In this document: positions 38,746 through 49,189 of the stretch, in pieces
Layout of the letters: each line of letters begins with the position of its first letter
Numbering within the stretch: position 1 is the first letter of the stretch
Source of the DNA: Marsupella aquatica
Lineage: Eukaryota; Plantae; Marchantiophyta
Direction of reading: 5' to 3'
DNA length: 64,000 bases
NCBI GenBank assembly: GCA_973895155.1
Contig: OZ316897.1
Span: 372,734 to 436,733 of the forward strand
The notes under the pieces: generated by a model
Told to the model about the DNA's origin: nothing
Database searches by the model: none
Seen by the model: only the letters and a program-made list of their open reading frames with translations
Position numbers and translations under genes: made by a program

Positions 38746-39702
38746 CTATGAAGGATGACAGCGTATGGCCATCTTAGGCGCATCCCAATCATAGTCACAA
38801 AATATCTCCTCACCAGCCCTAATAGTCCGTATGGCTACAGTCATAATATGGTCATCCATATGCTTGACATAGTAAGGTGGTGGTGGTGCCCCAAAAATTT
38901 GAACCCACTCTACATTTGGTTCAAGTCCTCTCCCTCTCCCTTTGGTACTATTGATGTACCCAGCGATGTTATCACATCGCACAGGATCACCATCAATCAT
39001 TCTACAATGCCAAGGCCTCTTGAGGACCTCATCCGGATCAGAATCCATCTGCAATGCATACACCCCCCATGCTGGTTGTTGCCGCAAAATAATGTTCCAG
39101 TTTTTGGCAGTGTATACGGCACCAATATAAGGAAACAAGTGCTCCCCATCATAACCTCTCCGCCACGGCTTTGGATGGACCACAATGTCCTCCATAGCAA
39201 ATAACCCAAGTCCTACATCAACACCAAGGGAGGATGGCTTGACTATCCATTGACGCCCCCATATCTCTATAGGGGCATCGGTGGGTATGCCAGGAGTGAT
39301 TCTAAATATCTCAGATGAGAAATCCTTCAAGACAGTCATTGCCTTTCTTGTGAGATATGACAACCCCAACCTACCCTCCACTACCACGTAATCCTCACCC
39401 CGCTCTACTAAAGCAGCATGGACCAAATTTGTTCCTAGGGACTCGCGAGTGACCAAAGGTTCATAATGTCTCCGATGTCTATGGGAGTGAGGTCGGGTGC
39501 GTAGAACCCTAGTACATGGAGGTGCCTCTGGCTCACCCATCTCCGTGTCCTCCACTGGTCCCGGTATAGTTTGGGCCTCAACATGGGGAGGACTATGAGG
39601 AAGGGGTGTAGAAGTTGATGCAAGTAGCCCTCTTGCACTACCCAAAAATGTCTCTAGCCACAGGTCAATAGAGACCAATGGACGGCGGGGCCTATGGGGC
39701 AC
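38746..39702 (-). CDS. SET-domain (putative lysine methyltransferase) exon carried by the CACTA element
   Basis: 318 open codons starting exactly at an AG acceptor (39703). SET motifs in order: IVKPSSLG..GLGLFA, PYIG, YAL..IDG, AGYINS..PNV, VAIRTIRAGEEIFCDY (~39249-38791). Confidence 0.85.
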   Translation of the reverse strand: MPHRPRRPLVSIDLWLETFLGSARGLLASTSTPLPHSPPHVEAQTIPGPVEDTEMGEPEAPPCTRVLRTRPHSHRHRRHYEPLVTRESLGTNLVHAALVERGEDYVVVEGRLGLSYLTRKAMTVLKDFSSEIFRITPGIPTDAPIEIWGRQWIVKPSSLGVDVGLGLFAMEDIVVHPKPWRRGYDGEHLFPYIGAVYTAKNWNIILRQQPAWGVYALQMDSDPDEVLKRPWHCRMIDGDPVRCDNIAGYINSTKGRGRGLEPNVEWVQIFGAPPPPYYVKHMDDHIMTVAIRTIRAGEEIFCDYDWDAPKMAIRCHPS

Positions 39703-39811
39703 CTATTCATTCACAAATAAACCCAAAATTAATACATGTATGATGACGTGCAATAAGGGGAAACTTGTGTTTCCTCCACAAATTAGTCCGGTTAAAAGGT
39801 AGGGAGCATAC

Positions 39812-40044
39812 CTCACGAGTTGAATGTCCTGGTAAATCACCCTGGTGCCGTCCATGCATGATTCTCAATATGCTCAATGGTCTCCCAAGCTTGGCGAACA
39901 ACCATTCCCTTACATCTTACACACCAACATGGAATGGGGCCAAGAGGAGCTAGGACGCCGAGGCCTAGCAGGGGGAGGAGCAATATCCCCCTCAGAAGAT
40001 GAGTCTGAGTCCAAATCTGAGTCTGAACTCCTAGAAGTTGTCAT
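39812..40044 (-). pseudogene. Shared first coding exon: acidic leader + CxCxxC...H..HG transposase-associated Zn-finger-like motif (two frameshifts)
   Basis: MTTSRSSDSDLDSDSSSEGDIAPPPARPRRP / APLGPIPCWCVRCKGMVVRQAWETIEHIEN / HGRHQGDLPGHSTRE, then a GTATG donor at 39811 (phase 0). A CATG duplication explains one frameshift. Confidence 0.6.
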
Positions 40045-41128
40045 CTGCCCATCATAGGTACACACCTCATCTCAAAACCTCCCTCATATTAAGTACTCAC
40101 ACAATTGAATTGGAATATATGCAAGGTTATAAGAGGTAAATAAAACATACACACCCACACACACTATACATCTTACCTGAATGATATCCGTGCTCAACAA
40201 TGTCTACTAGGATCTTGGCCTTAGGATATATCCTAAGACAATATCCAAAATGTCTGCAAAAGGTGGTACCATGATAAACTTAGCTAGGGATGTATTCCCA
40301 CAAATGTGCCTAATAATGACCAAAAGGTTGGAGCCACAAATTCTACAAGTCTCCACCCTCGTATCAATTTAGGGAGTGCATCATACCTTTTGGATGCACG
40401 GGCTATCATGATGCATATGGCATTGAAAAATTGGACCCTAAAAAAACAAAGACAAAACCAACAACCCAACCCTCTCCAAACAAGTACTACACAATACACA
40501 CACAAGGTTAATACCCTATGTTTGGCCTCCCACAAAATATTGCACATCACATATAATAAAAGACCATCACATATTGGCAGGAAGTACAATATAATGGCAA
40601 GAACATACCAGCCTATATATATATATGTTACCCCAAAATTTGTCCGTTTGGATAAATTGCCGCACGTACTACAATGTAACCATCCGATCAAAAACCACGT
40701 TGGCGAAACAAAACCGGGACCACCCAAAGCAAACCTACATTTCATTGCAAGTAAATGATGAAGGTTAATATCCTTACAAAAACACTAATCCCAATTACCA
40801 ACCCTATTCCCAACTACTATCCCATTACAAATTCATCGGAAACGTAGTCGGATGCCAAGCGGAAGTGAATGTCTGATGCTGGGACGAGGGGTCCGATTCT
40901 TATAGGATCGGACATTTGCGATGTTTCTAGTATCGGACATACAATCGGATAGTTAATTAGGTCGCCCGACTGAAGTGCGAGTGCACCTCAATCGGGCATT
41001 GTTTCGGAAGAGTGTCGGGCGGACTTGGCGAGCTCAATTGCGTGAGCTCTGGAGGTCATGGCTATGGAGGGCAATGGTGGGGCACCGGGGGGGATGGAGC
41101 TGGTCCATCTAAAAGCTTTGCTCTCATA

Positions 41129-43919
41129 ATGGCAGAGGTTTTCAGGACGCAAGCTGGGCTGTCTGCTGAATCTGCAGAGAAAGTTGCCCATTTGACTCAA
41201 GGGCTGATTGACTCCTCCAACACAGCTGTGATCAGGCTAGAGAAGGAGAGGAAAAGAAAGAGGAAGGAGGAGAGTAGGAGGCCAGAGGAGACTCTCTCAC
41301 CACGACAGAGAGAGAAGAGCCTCAGGAAAGAGGCTCGAGCTGTAGAGAGGCTTCGAATTGAGGAGGAGAGACTGCGTGCAGAGGAGAGGGCAAAACGGCC
41401 AAAGCTGGTTCTGAATGAGGGAGGAGCTCCCAGAACGAAGAGCTATAGGCTCTTCAGGAGTCAGCTGGGGCAGGTCTTAAGGTCACATTTTGGCCCCTTA
41501 GACTACTGGGGAAAGAAGAAAGAAGAGGAGCAATTTCGGGTCAGGGAGCAAGTGAAAGAGAGATTCAGCAATGGCTCGTTCTTAGATGACCGATTTCTGA
41601 ACAGGAAAATCTCTGTATCACTTGCAGATCGTCGAAATCACATTAGGGAGAAGATGAGGAAGTACCTGCTTGAATGTCAGGATGAGGAAGAGGTGATGAG
41701 GAAGGGAAATCCCCCGGATGACATAGACACTGATGCCTGGTCCGCTTGGATTGAGGCTGAGCTGCAGGTCGGTGCTTGGCAAGCTCGTCGTCACTGGCAA
41801 GCTGAGGTTTCTGAGGCAGAGAAGAGGGCCCTTGCAGGAGAGACTGCTGACATCCGCCCTCTACAGTGCAAAGCAATTGAATGGGAGAGGAAATCAAAAT
41901 AGCTTGGAGACCCACCCCTTGCAATTCAGAAGGCAATTGATAGAGTGGAGAAGAGACCAAAAGTGACTCACCGGATGGGACAAGGTGGATCCCTTCGTCT
42001 CAAAGCAGAGTTTGTGAGTTCTCTGCCCCCTCCTCTTTGCTCAATTCCTACCTCCTTGCAAGGTCCTTCCTCCTCCTGATCACCTTAGGCACCAATCCTG
42101 GGTAATGCCTGCAGAGCCCCCCCACAACTACCATTCTTATGCTAATGTAAACAGTGTGGCTGTCTAGCTTATTAATTGTCGTGGATTTTCAGTTTCCAGT
42201 TTTTTCTGCTGAGTCCGATGCATGTCCGACTTTAATTTAGTCGGAAGCAATATCGGATGCTGTATTATGGTCAGTTGCAGGGCCGTGTCCGATCCAGCTC
42301 CGATTACTTTAACATCGGACATTGTATCGCACTCAAAGTGTCGGGTTTGCTTCCGATGTGGCAAAGAGGGGTCCGATGCACTTAGGATCGGATAAATTCA
42401 AATTTTTGAATTATCGACGAGTGTTATTGGGTGAGCGGCCATGATTCATGCCAAGTGCTTAATTAGGTTATAGGTAGGGTTTTTCTGAAAGTGAAGGGGG
42501 ATGATTTTTAAAACTAAGATCAAGGGTTGATGAAGGGTTTAATTTTTGGAAGTAATGTATATATTGAGTTTGAAAGGAGTATTAATTTGTTGGAGTGCAG
42601 GAGCGAGAGCATGGACGCCCAATCTTGCCAACCAAGAGAGAGTTAGCTAAGAAGCTTGGACCGCGGGCTCTCAAGCTTCGCATGGAGGAGGAGTTGGGGT
42701 CGGTAAGTTTATTCAATACCATTAATCCTAAGGTGATCAATTCATCATTGAGTTGTTGTAATTAAGTTTTTGGTAACACTAACATATTGGTTGGTGCTTG
42801 CGTATATATATGGATGTAGGGCTCGGAGGAGGGGTCAGAGAGTTCTGGCTCGGAGGAGGAGGAGGAGGAGGGATCAGACAACTCAGATTCAGAATCTGAG
42901 GGCGTGGCACCCATCCCTGTGCCTCCAATTGGTGCAACATCCCGAGGGCGTGGAGGTAGTCAGTCTAGACAGAGGACACATGATGGTGGTAGGGGTCGTA
43001 GTGTTGGAGGAGGTAGTAGGGGTGCTCGCGTAGGAGGTGCATCTCGCCATACAGTGGCTGGTGGGGCTGGTGGTTCTCACCGGTCTGCTCCTGGTAGGGG
43101 GGGTTGGTAGTAGGGCACCCGATGGTTTGCACCGGTCCACTTCTGGTGGAGGGGCTGGTACTAGGGCACCTGGTGGTTCTCACCGGTCCGCTTCTGGTGG
43201 GGGGGGGGGCAGGGCGGGGGTGGCACCAGGGCCCCTAGTGGTTCTCATCGGGCAGGTTCTGGTGGGGGGGGGGAGGGGCCAAGGCTCCTGGTGGTTCTCA
43301 TCGGGCAGGTTCTGGTGCGGGGGGTGGTAGTGGGGCACCTGGTGGTTATCACCGGTCTGCTTATGGTGGGGGGGGGGGTGGCACCGGGGCTCCTAGTGGT
43401 TCTCGCCATTCAGGGGCTGCAGGTGGCGGGAGTAGTGGGGCACATGCTGCTTCTCGTCATTCAAGGGCTGGTGGTGGGGAGGGTAGTGGGACCCCTACTG
43501 GTTCTCACCAGTCAGTTGGGGATGGGGGCAGTGCCCCAGCTGACCAGTTAGGGGCCAACCAGGGTACTACGAGCGTTGGAGGCAGTGGTGGTGGTGCGAG
43601 TGGGTCTCACCAGTCGGGTGCCATCGGGGGTGATGGCTCTCACCACTTTGGCACCCAAGTGGGTAGTGGGGATGCATCCTTTCATACTTGCTCTGCTGGT
43701 GGGGGTGCTGCACCGCCTTCGCATGACTCAAGAGGTGTGTCTGGTGGTGATGCCCGTGGAAGTAGTGGTACAGCAGGTCCTAGCACCACAGGTGCAGGTG
43801 GGTCACATGCCCCCATTGACGAGGCCCTAGAGGTAGTGCCAACTGCTAGTACCCCACCATCAAGATCTCGCACCCGTTCCAAGAAAAGGAAGGGACGACA
43901 TGCACCAGCATATGGATAG
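41129..43919 (+). pseudogene. CACTA ORF2, TnpA/Transposase_24-like with acidic and Gly-rich tail; exons 41129-42013, 42601-42702, 42820-43919
   Basis: NLS-like KRKRK. PPDDIDTDAWSAW and THRMGQGG resemble TnpA-family motifs. One TAG at 41900 with the frame continuing beyond it. Two phase-0 GT-AG introns. Frameshifts in G runs of the last exon. Confidence 0.65.
43020..43560 (+). repeat. G-rich coding tandem repeat (ggtggttctcaccggtc; GGSHRS..GGG units, ~50 bp)
   Basis: Repeated gttctcaccgg/gttctcatcgg cores separated by G homopolymers. Confidence 0.8.
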
Positions 43920-45261
43920 GGCAGCCTAGGATAGGCCCACATATAGGTAGGCATTTTGCTGATTGACTTAGAGTACACTTGTGCATTTAGTACTTACCAT
44001 GTTCATTTGGCAAGGCCAGGCCATTGATCCTATTTTGTATATCTATTTTGGGGTCTCCCCTTTTTGATTATATATTTATACCTTCTTTGCCTACACACAG
44101 ATGTTGGGGTCTATGTGTGTCACCATCTTAATACCCTAATTCAGCCCCCAAATTGAATCCAATAAAAACCCCAAATTTATGAGCCCTACTCTACTGCTTC
44201 CGATCTGCTTCCGATACTAGATTTGACGCTCAGTCCGATACACATTCCGTTGCTACCATCTTTGCAATGTCCGATGCCACACCCTACGCACTTTTTGAAT
44301 CGGAAAATAACGCAACATCCGATACTTATAATTACGCAATTTCCGATTTCTCAATAAACGGATAAACCGATATTATAAGAATCGGACCATGATCGCATGT
44401 GTATAATGCCTTGCATGCGGTAGCTGCCTCGTTTCCGAAACTCTTCGCATCAGGCGTGATTTTATCCGATACCCTCTACATCGGTCTATGCAATTACTAC
44501 TGCATCGGAAAGTCCGAAGGAGATCCGATTGTCGGTATCCGATGGTTAAAACAACGGACAGTGCGATATAAGAAACATCGGAAATGTGGTTTTCTATGGT
44601 ACATTTTTCTGAAGGGATCCGATGCCTGTAGAGTCGGAAAATGGCCCTATAATGTACTAGTGATCTCTCCCATTGGAATCAATGTACAAGACGTTACCTG
44701 ATATTAAGGTTGCTCATGAGCTGTTCATATCAAAATAGATATAGCATAGCAGTTATACTAGGATGATTGGAAGTTGCTCTAATTTGATTTATGCGTTGTG
44801 CTAATTCTCCAATCATAATCATTTGTGTAGTATTAATCTATCTTTGTAACCCCTCGAGCTGCAAAATCTCCTTAAAAATTCTTCCAAGGTAAGGATTTAC
44901 ATCAACACTGGCATGACTCTAGGGAATGAATGTACATAAGCTCACGCAATGTTCAAAATATTGGTGCATTTGACAGAAATAAGTCCAACTATAGTTGATA
45001 GATCTTTTAGAAACTTAAGGTTATTACAATCAGAAGAGATCGAGCAAATTAAAGGACAGTCTATTCTAGATAATAGGATGAATCTTCCCTCACTCGACAA
45101 TTGAGATTCAACAATCACTTTGTAGATGGCTGATAATATAATACACGCTTATTGGAGCTGTTTTGTCAATGCATTGTTGTGAAAGGCATTTAAAGGCAAC
45201 TCTGACCATCTAATTGTCTTTTCCAGCCGACCAGGTCGTGATCTTTGAAGCAGACATATTT

Positions 45262-45960
45262 TAGGTGCGAGTTTCCCGGTTAGGACTTGTCGGACAAGTA
45301 GGGGCTCTGAGATCTGACATCCAACAGATGTTGTCCCGGTCCATCCTGGTTGGGTGGCGGGCCGGGCCGGGCCAGGTTGGGAGGCAAACGAGTGTCAGGC
45401 GCCGGTCGGGGGTCGGTTGGGTTGGGTCGGGGGTTAGGTTGTTGGGTTGGGTCAGGTCAGGGGGCCAGTCGGGCGGGTTGGGGGTAGGTCGGGTCGGGGG
45501 GTTGGGTTGGGGGTCAGTTGGGTCGGTCGAGGGTGGGGTCGGGCAGGGCGGGAGGGCGTGCGGTGCGAGCCGGGCCAGGACAGGACAGGGCAAGCCAGGT
45601 CAGGCTGGGCAAAAAGTGCAGCAAGCTGGGAGGAGGCCCTGGGCTCTCAGTCTTAACTAATACATGGAGGACGTGCAAACGCTCGAAGGGTAGTTTTTAT
45701 TCATTTTAAACTAATAATTATGATTATTACCGGTAATAAGGGAACTTTTAATGGTAAAACAGAAATAACAAGGGGTAAACACCAAAAGGGCCCGATCGCA
45801 GGGGGGTCCACTTCTTTTACATGGAGTGAGGGCCCAGGGGGAGGAGGCGGCGGCTGGATTAGGGTTTGCGCCAAGGGGTTATTGGGAGGCCAAGGTGGCG
45901 GGCGGGGGTGGGCTCGGGCCGGGAAGGAGAGGATAAAAGGGGGATCTAGGGTCGACCTCT
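45262..45960. repeat. GC-rich island with GGGTC/GGGTT pentamer repeats, probably a DNA-transposon subterminal region
   Basis: Runs such as ggggtcggttgggttgggtcggggtt at 45400-45545. Strong G skew. Ends not defined. Confidence 0.45.
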
Positions 45961-47027
45961 TTCCTCAATGTCTTGTTTTGCAGGAGGAGAATTGGAAAAG
46001 AGAGAAGGAGGAGAAGGAGGTAAGTTTCCGGTTAATCCTACGGGACACAGTAACCTTTTCCCAGATGTGAAGGCTGATGCAAAAGGTATTGAGAAATATT
46101 TAGAGAAGTGGAAAAATGATGAAACCATGGCAGGATTTGTTTGTGAAAAAGATGAAACATCATGTAGTTGGTGTCTATCCCGGTGTCTATATCCCTGGAG
46201 CCCTAAATCTGTTTCCACGTTGGAAACTTGCGATCACATATGACATCATGTTTGATGGTTGAAGACGAGCCGGAAATGTTGGTGTCCCACACGATTTCAT
46301 GAACATGAATATGAGCAACATACGAGGATTGTTGAACCCAGTGCCAACAATGGAGACACAACAAGACAATGAAGAAATGACACAAGAGAGTCTAATGATG
46401 ATGCAAAATAATAGATTCCACTCTCATTGAACACTTCATAATCAATGAGTATATTTTGTCAGATAGTGAATCTGGCAGATTGTTACTGGTTGATTTAATG
46501 AATGGAAATAGTATGCCCATGAGAACCAGCCAACAATACACACGAAAAATATGCAATGATCTATTTGTCATCATCGACAACGTCAATAGCAAAAGGAAGT
46601 GAAAGCAAAAGCCATCGACATCAACATCGACATCAAAAGGAACTGAAACCAAGTCTTTAGATTTTGACGTAGTTTTCATGCACTTAGTATTTGAGAGGCT
46701 TTCTTATGCTTGTAGGTGCAAAATCTGAACAATGATGAGGTTATTCATCTATTTTGAATATTTGAGTCTATTCGGCAATAATTTTCAATTTGTAATTGCC
46801 AAAGAAACTTTGGATACAATATCATCAGCACTTTTTCTTATTCACAAACATGAAAGTGTGCAAAATAATTGCAAAACCCCAAAATATGAGAATGTTGCAA
46901 TTGATTAAAGTAGAAAGAAACTGGATACAAAATCATATTTTCCTCGAGAACTGTCGGCCCACTATCGATGACAGACCAAGTGTGAAAATTCATAGGGCTA
47001 CCGACGGTTCTGCAAAGGTGGAGGAAT

Positions 47028-47194
47028 GGCAAAGTATATAGGGTGTTGCGCCTTAATGATGTCAACTTTCTTATTCCTCTCATTCCCGTCCGTGATGACC
47101 AATAAACGAGCTTGCATTGTCTTTTTATTAGTCATCATGGACAAAATGAGAAGGAGGAAGTTGACATCATTAAGGCGCAAGACCCTACTTTGCC
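47028..47194. repeat. Long imperfect inverted repeat (fold-back)
   Basis: ttgcgccttaatgatgtcaactt pairs with aagttgacatcattaaggcgcaa. Arms ~75 nt with a loop of about 10 nt. Confidence 0.9.
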
Positions 47195-48100
47195 CAAGAA
47201 ACAGGCCATCCGGTGGTGGGATGGACTACTTTTGATTTCCCTCCTATTTTTGTTCACATATGACTAATAATTAATGCAGTTTCTCTCTTTATTCCTTGAA
47301 TGTACATTTAGATCAATTATTTATTGATAGGTTGTATTATATTTTTAATAAAATAATTAATAAATAAATTGCGTTCTCCTTGTCCATCCTCATTGCATGC
47401 GTCAAAGATCATTGAGTTTGTATAGTTTAGGAAAAGAAACAGGAACTGAATGATGCTCAAGGTTGGTTACATAGCATAGTACAGATACAACCATGTGATC
47501 CCTTTGTGGAAAATGAGACTTTAAACATCATAATTGTTATGAAATTTCAAATTTTACATCATAATAATAAAAAGCATGATAAGTTGTCTATGTCATTTAA
47601 GATAATATAATAGTAAGAAAGCATGATAATATACTAGTAAAAGATGTCTAAAGGTTGGGAACAAAAGTTCCTAGTGTTGTTGTTGCAATTTTGCTCCAAA
47701 CATTCATTCCACTCCTCTTCTCCAACCCATGGAACTGGATCACAATTCTGCCCATCAACATTGCGTTGGGCATGTTGAAATGATGACATTGTTTGTAATC
47801 CACCACAAAGAGGTCCGTCCGGTGTATAATTATGAATTCATCACACTAGGCCCTCCATACTGAATGAAGGTTGGAGTCACATGCATGTTGTTGCCACCGT
47901 GCATGTGTGTTGTCCAAAGACCTACCTTGTAGATCATTGTGTTGTAAGTTGGAAAAAGGTTGATCTTCTCCCCTCCGAATGATGCCTCCCCTCCGAATGA
48001 TGCCTTTGTATGCTAGTGCATTGTTGAACAAAGAATCAATCATCTACTTGCGTCGATTCATTGCAGACATTCAATGATTCATAAGTCCACAATGAGTTTG

Positions 48101-48232
48101 CTCAGGGGTTTCACTTCCACAAAAATGACATATCACGTGCACCGAAGTATAGTTTTTTCTTACATTTTAGGGGGTCTGAGGCCTATAAACGTCGCAGGTG
48201 ATGGGGAGACATCCATATAGTGAGACCCCAAA
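48101..48232. mobile_element. Short internally deleted MITE, same family as 50325-50631, opposite orientation
   Basis: Both ends match the reverse complement of the 50325-50631 element (ctcaggggtttcacttccacaaaaatg...; ...ggtgatggggagac..gtgagacccc). Flanks share tgagtt. Confidence 0.7.
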
Positions 48233-49189
48233 TGAGTTACTTTGGTTGGGGAGGCATTACAAAATCTCTATCCAATGACGCATCCTCGTCATCTTGGAGT
48301 TGAGACTCGTCAATTGTAGGATACATCTCCAAATCCATTTCATTCTCCCATTCACCCGCATCACTTACCTCTGTATCTGGTGGAATACGAGCCCGGGGTC
48401 CTCACTTCTTTTCTTCCAACCCATCATGCGCGAATAGGTTGAGGAATAAGTATAGTGTTTTTTATTGGGTTTAGTGAAAGACTTTTAAATTTTTGCTGAG
48501 GAACATTAGGGTTGTTTTAATCTAGTTTTGAGAATTTTAAGAATCAAAGGGTTTTTTAAATCCAAATTTGGGAATATTCCAAGAATATTCCATTAAGTTA
48601 GGGGTACAAAATTAATTAAAAAAATTATTGACTTAAATTTTAGGGTGTTTATTTCCCCAAAACTTCACGCGTGATATGGGACACCCCTTGGATTGAGGTC
48701 CTTAAGAATTCAAGTCAAGAAGTCACTCCCTTTATCTAATGATAATCATTCCTTGTAGTGTTTCACCAACATCATTGAGTGTATCAAATATTCTAGGCAC
48801 ATGGTCTTCTCCAAGAGCCGCACGTGTTGTATCACACCCTTCATTGTCAAAGCACTCTATGGATAATCATGGACTAACACCATCATTTGTTGCTCTTCTT
48901 TCCTCATAATGTTTATAATATATAAACATATGGTGGTTCTGACCGTTTGTAAGCCCTTTTTCTACTCTCACAAGCCCTATGCCAGTGCTTTGCACTGTGC
49001 AAGGAGGGCAGGCCCATAGGGATTGGCCGGGGGCATTACGGGGCAGCGGGAAGCAAATACGTGATAGGGGTGTACATTTCTCTCATCAATGGTGAGCAAA
49101 AATAGCTAATCAAATCCCACGGCTATAGATCTTTCTCGCCCATAAGCTTTTTTGTATGGTGACGAAGGATGAAAAAAGGTAGGATCTCT

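Larger units (their letters stand above)
34512..44662. mobile_element. Full-length CACTA (En/Spm) DNA transposon, 10,151 bp
   Basis: TIRs CACTAGTACATT (34512) and AATGTACTAGTG (ends 44662). 3-bp TSD ATC at 34509-34511 and 44663-44665. Dense subterminal TCCGA/TCGGA repeats. Contains tnpD and tnpA-like genes. Confidence 0.97.

Noticed and set aside
38746-39702. SET exon being intact as proof of selection or domestication
   Set aside because: A ~500-codon stretch of the dead tnpD (37233-35740) is also stop-free, so an open frame of 318 codons is not significant, and its upstream exon is frameshifted.
45261-45709. Pro-rich and Gly-rich ORFs
   Set aside because: They arise from GGGTC/GGGTT low-complexity repeats on both strands.
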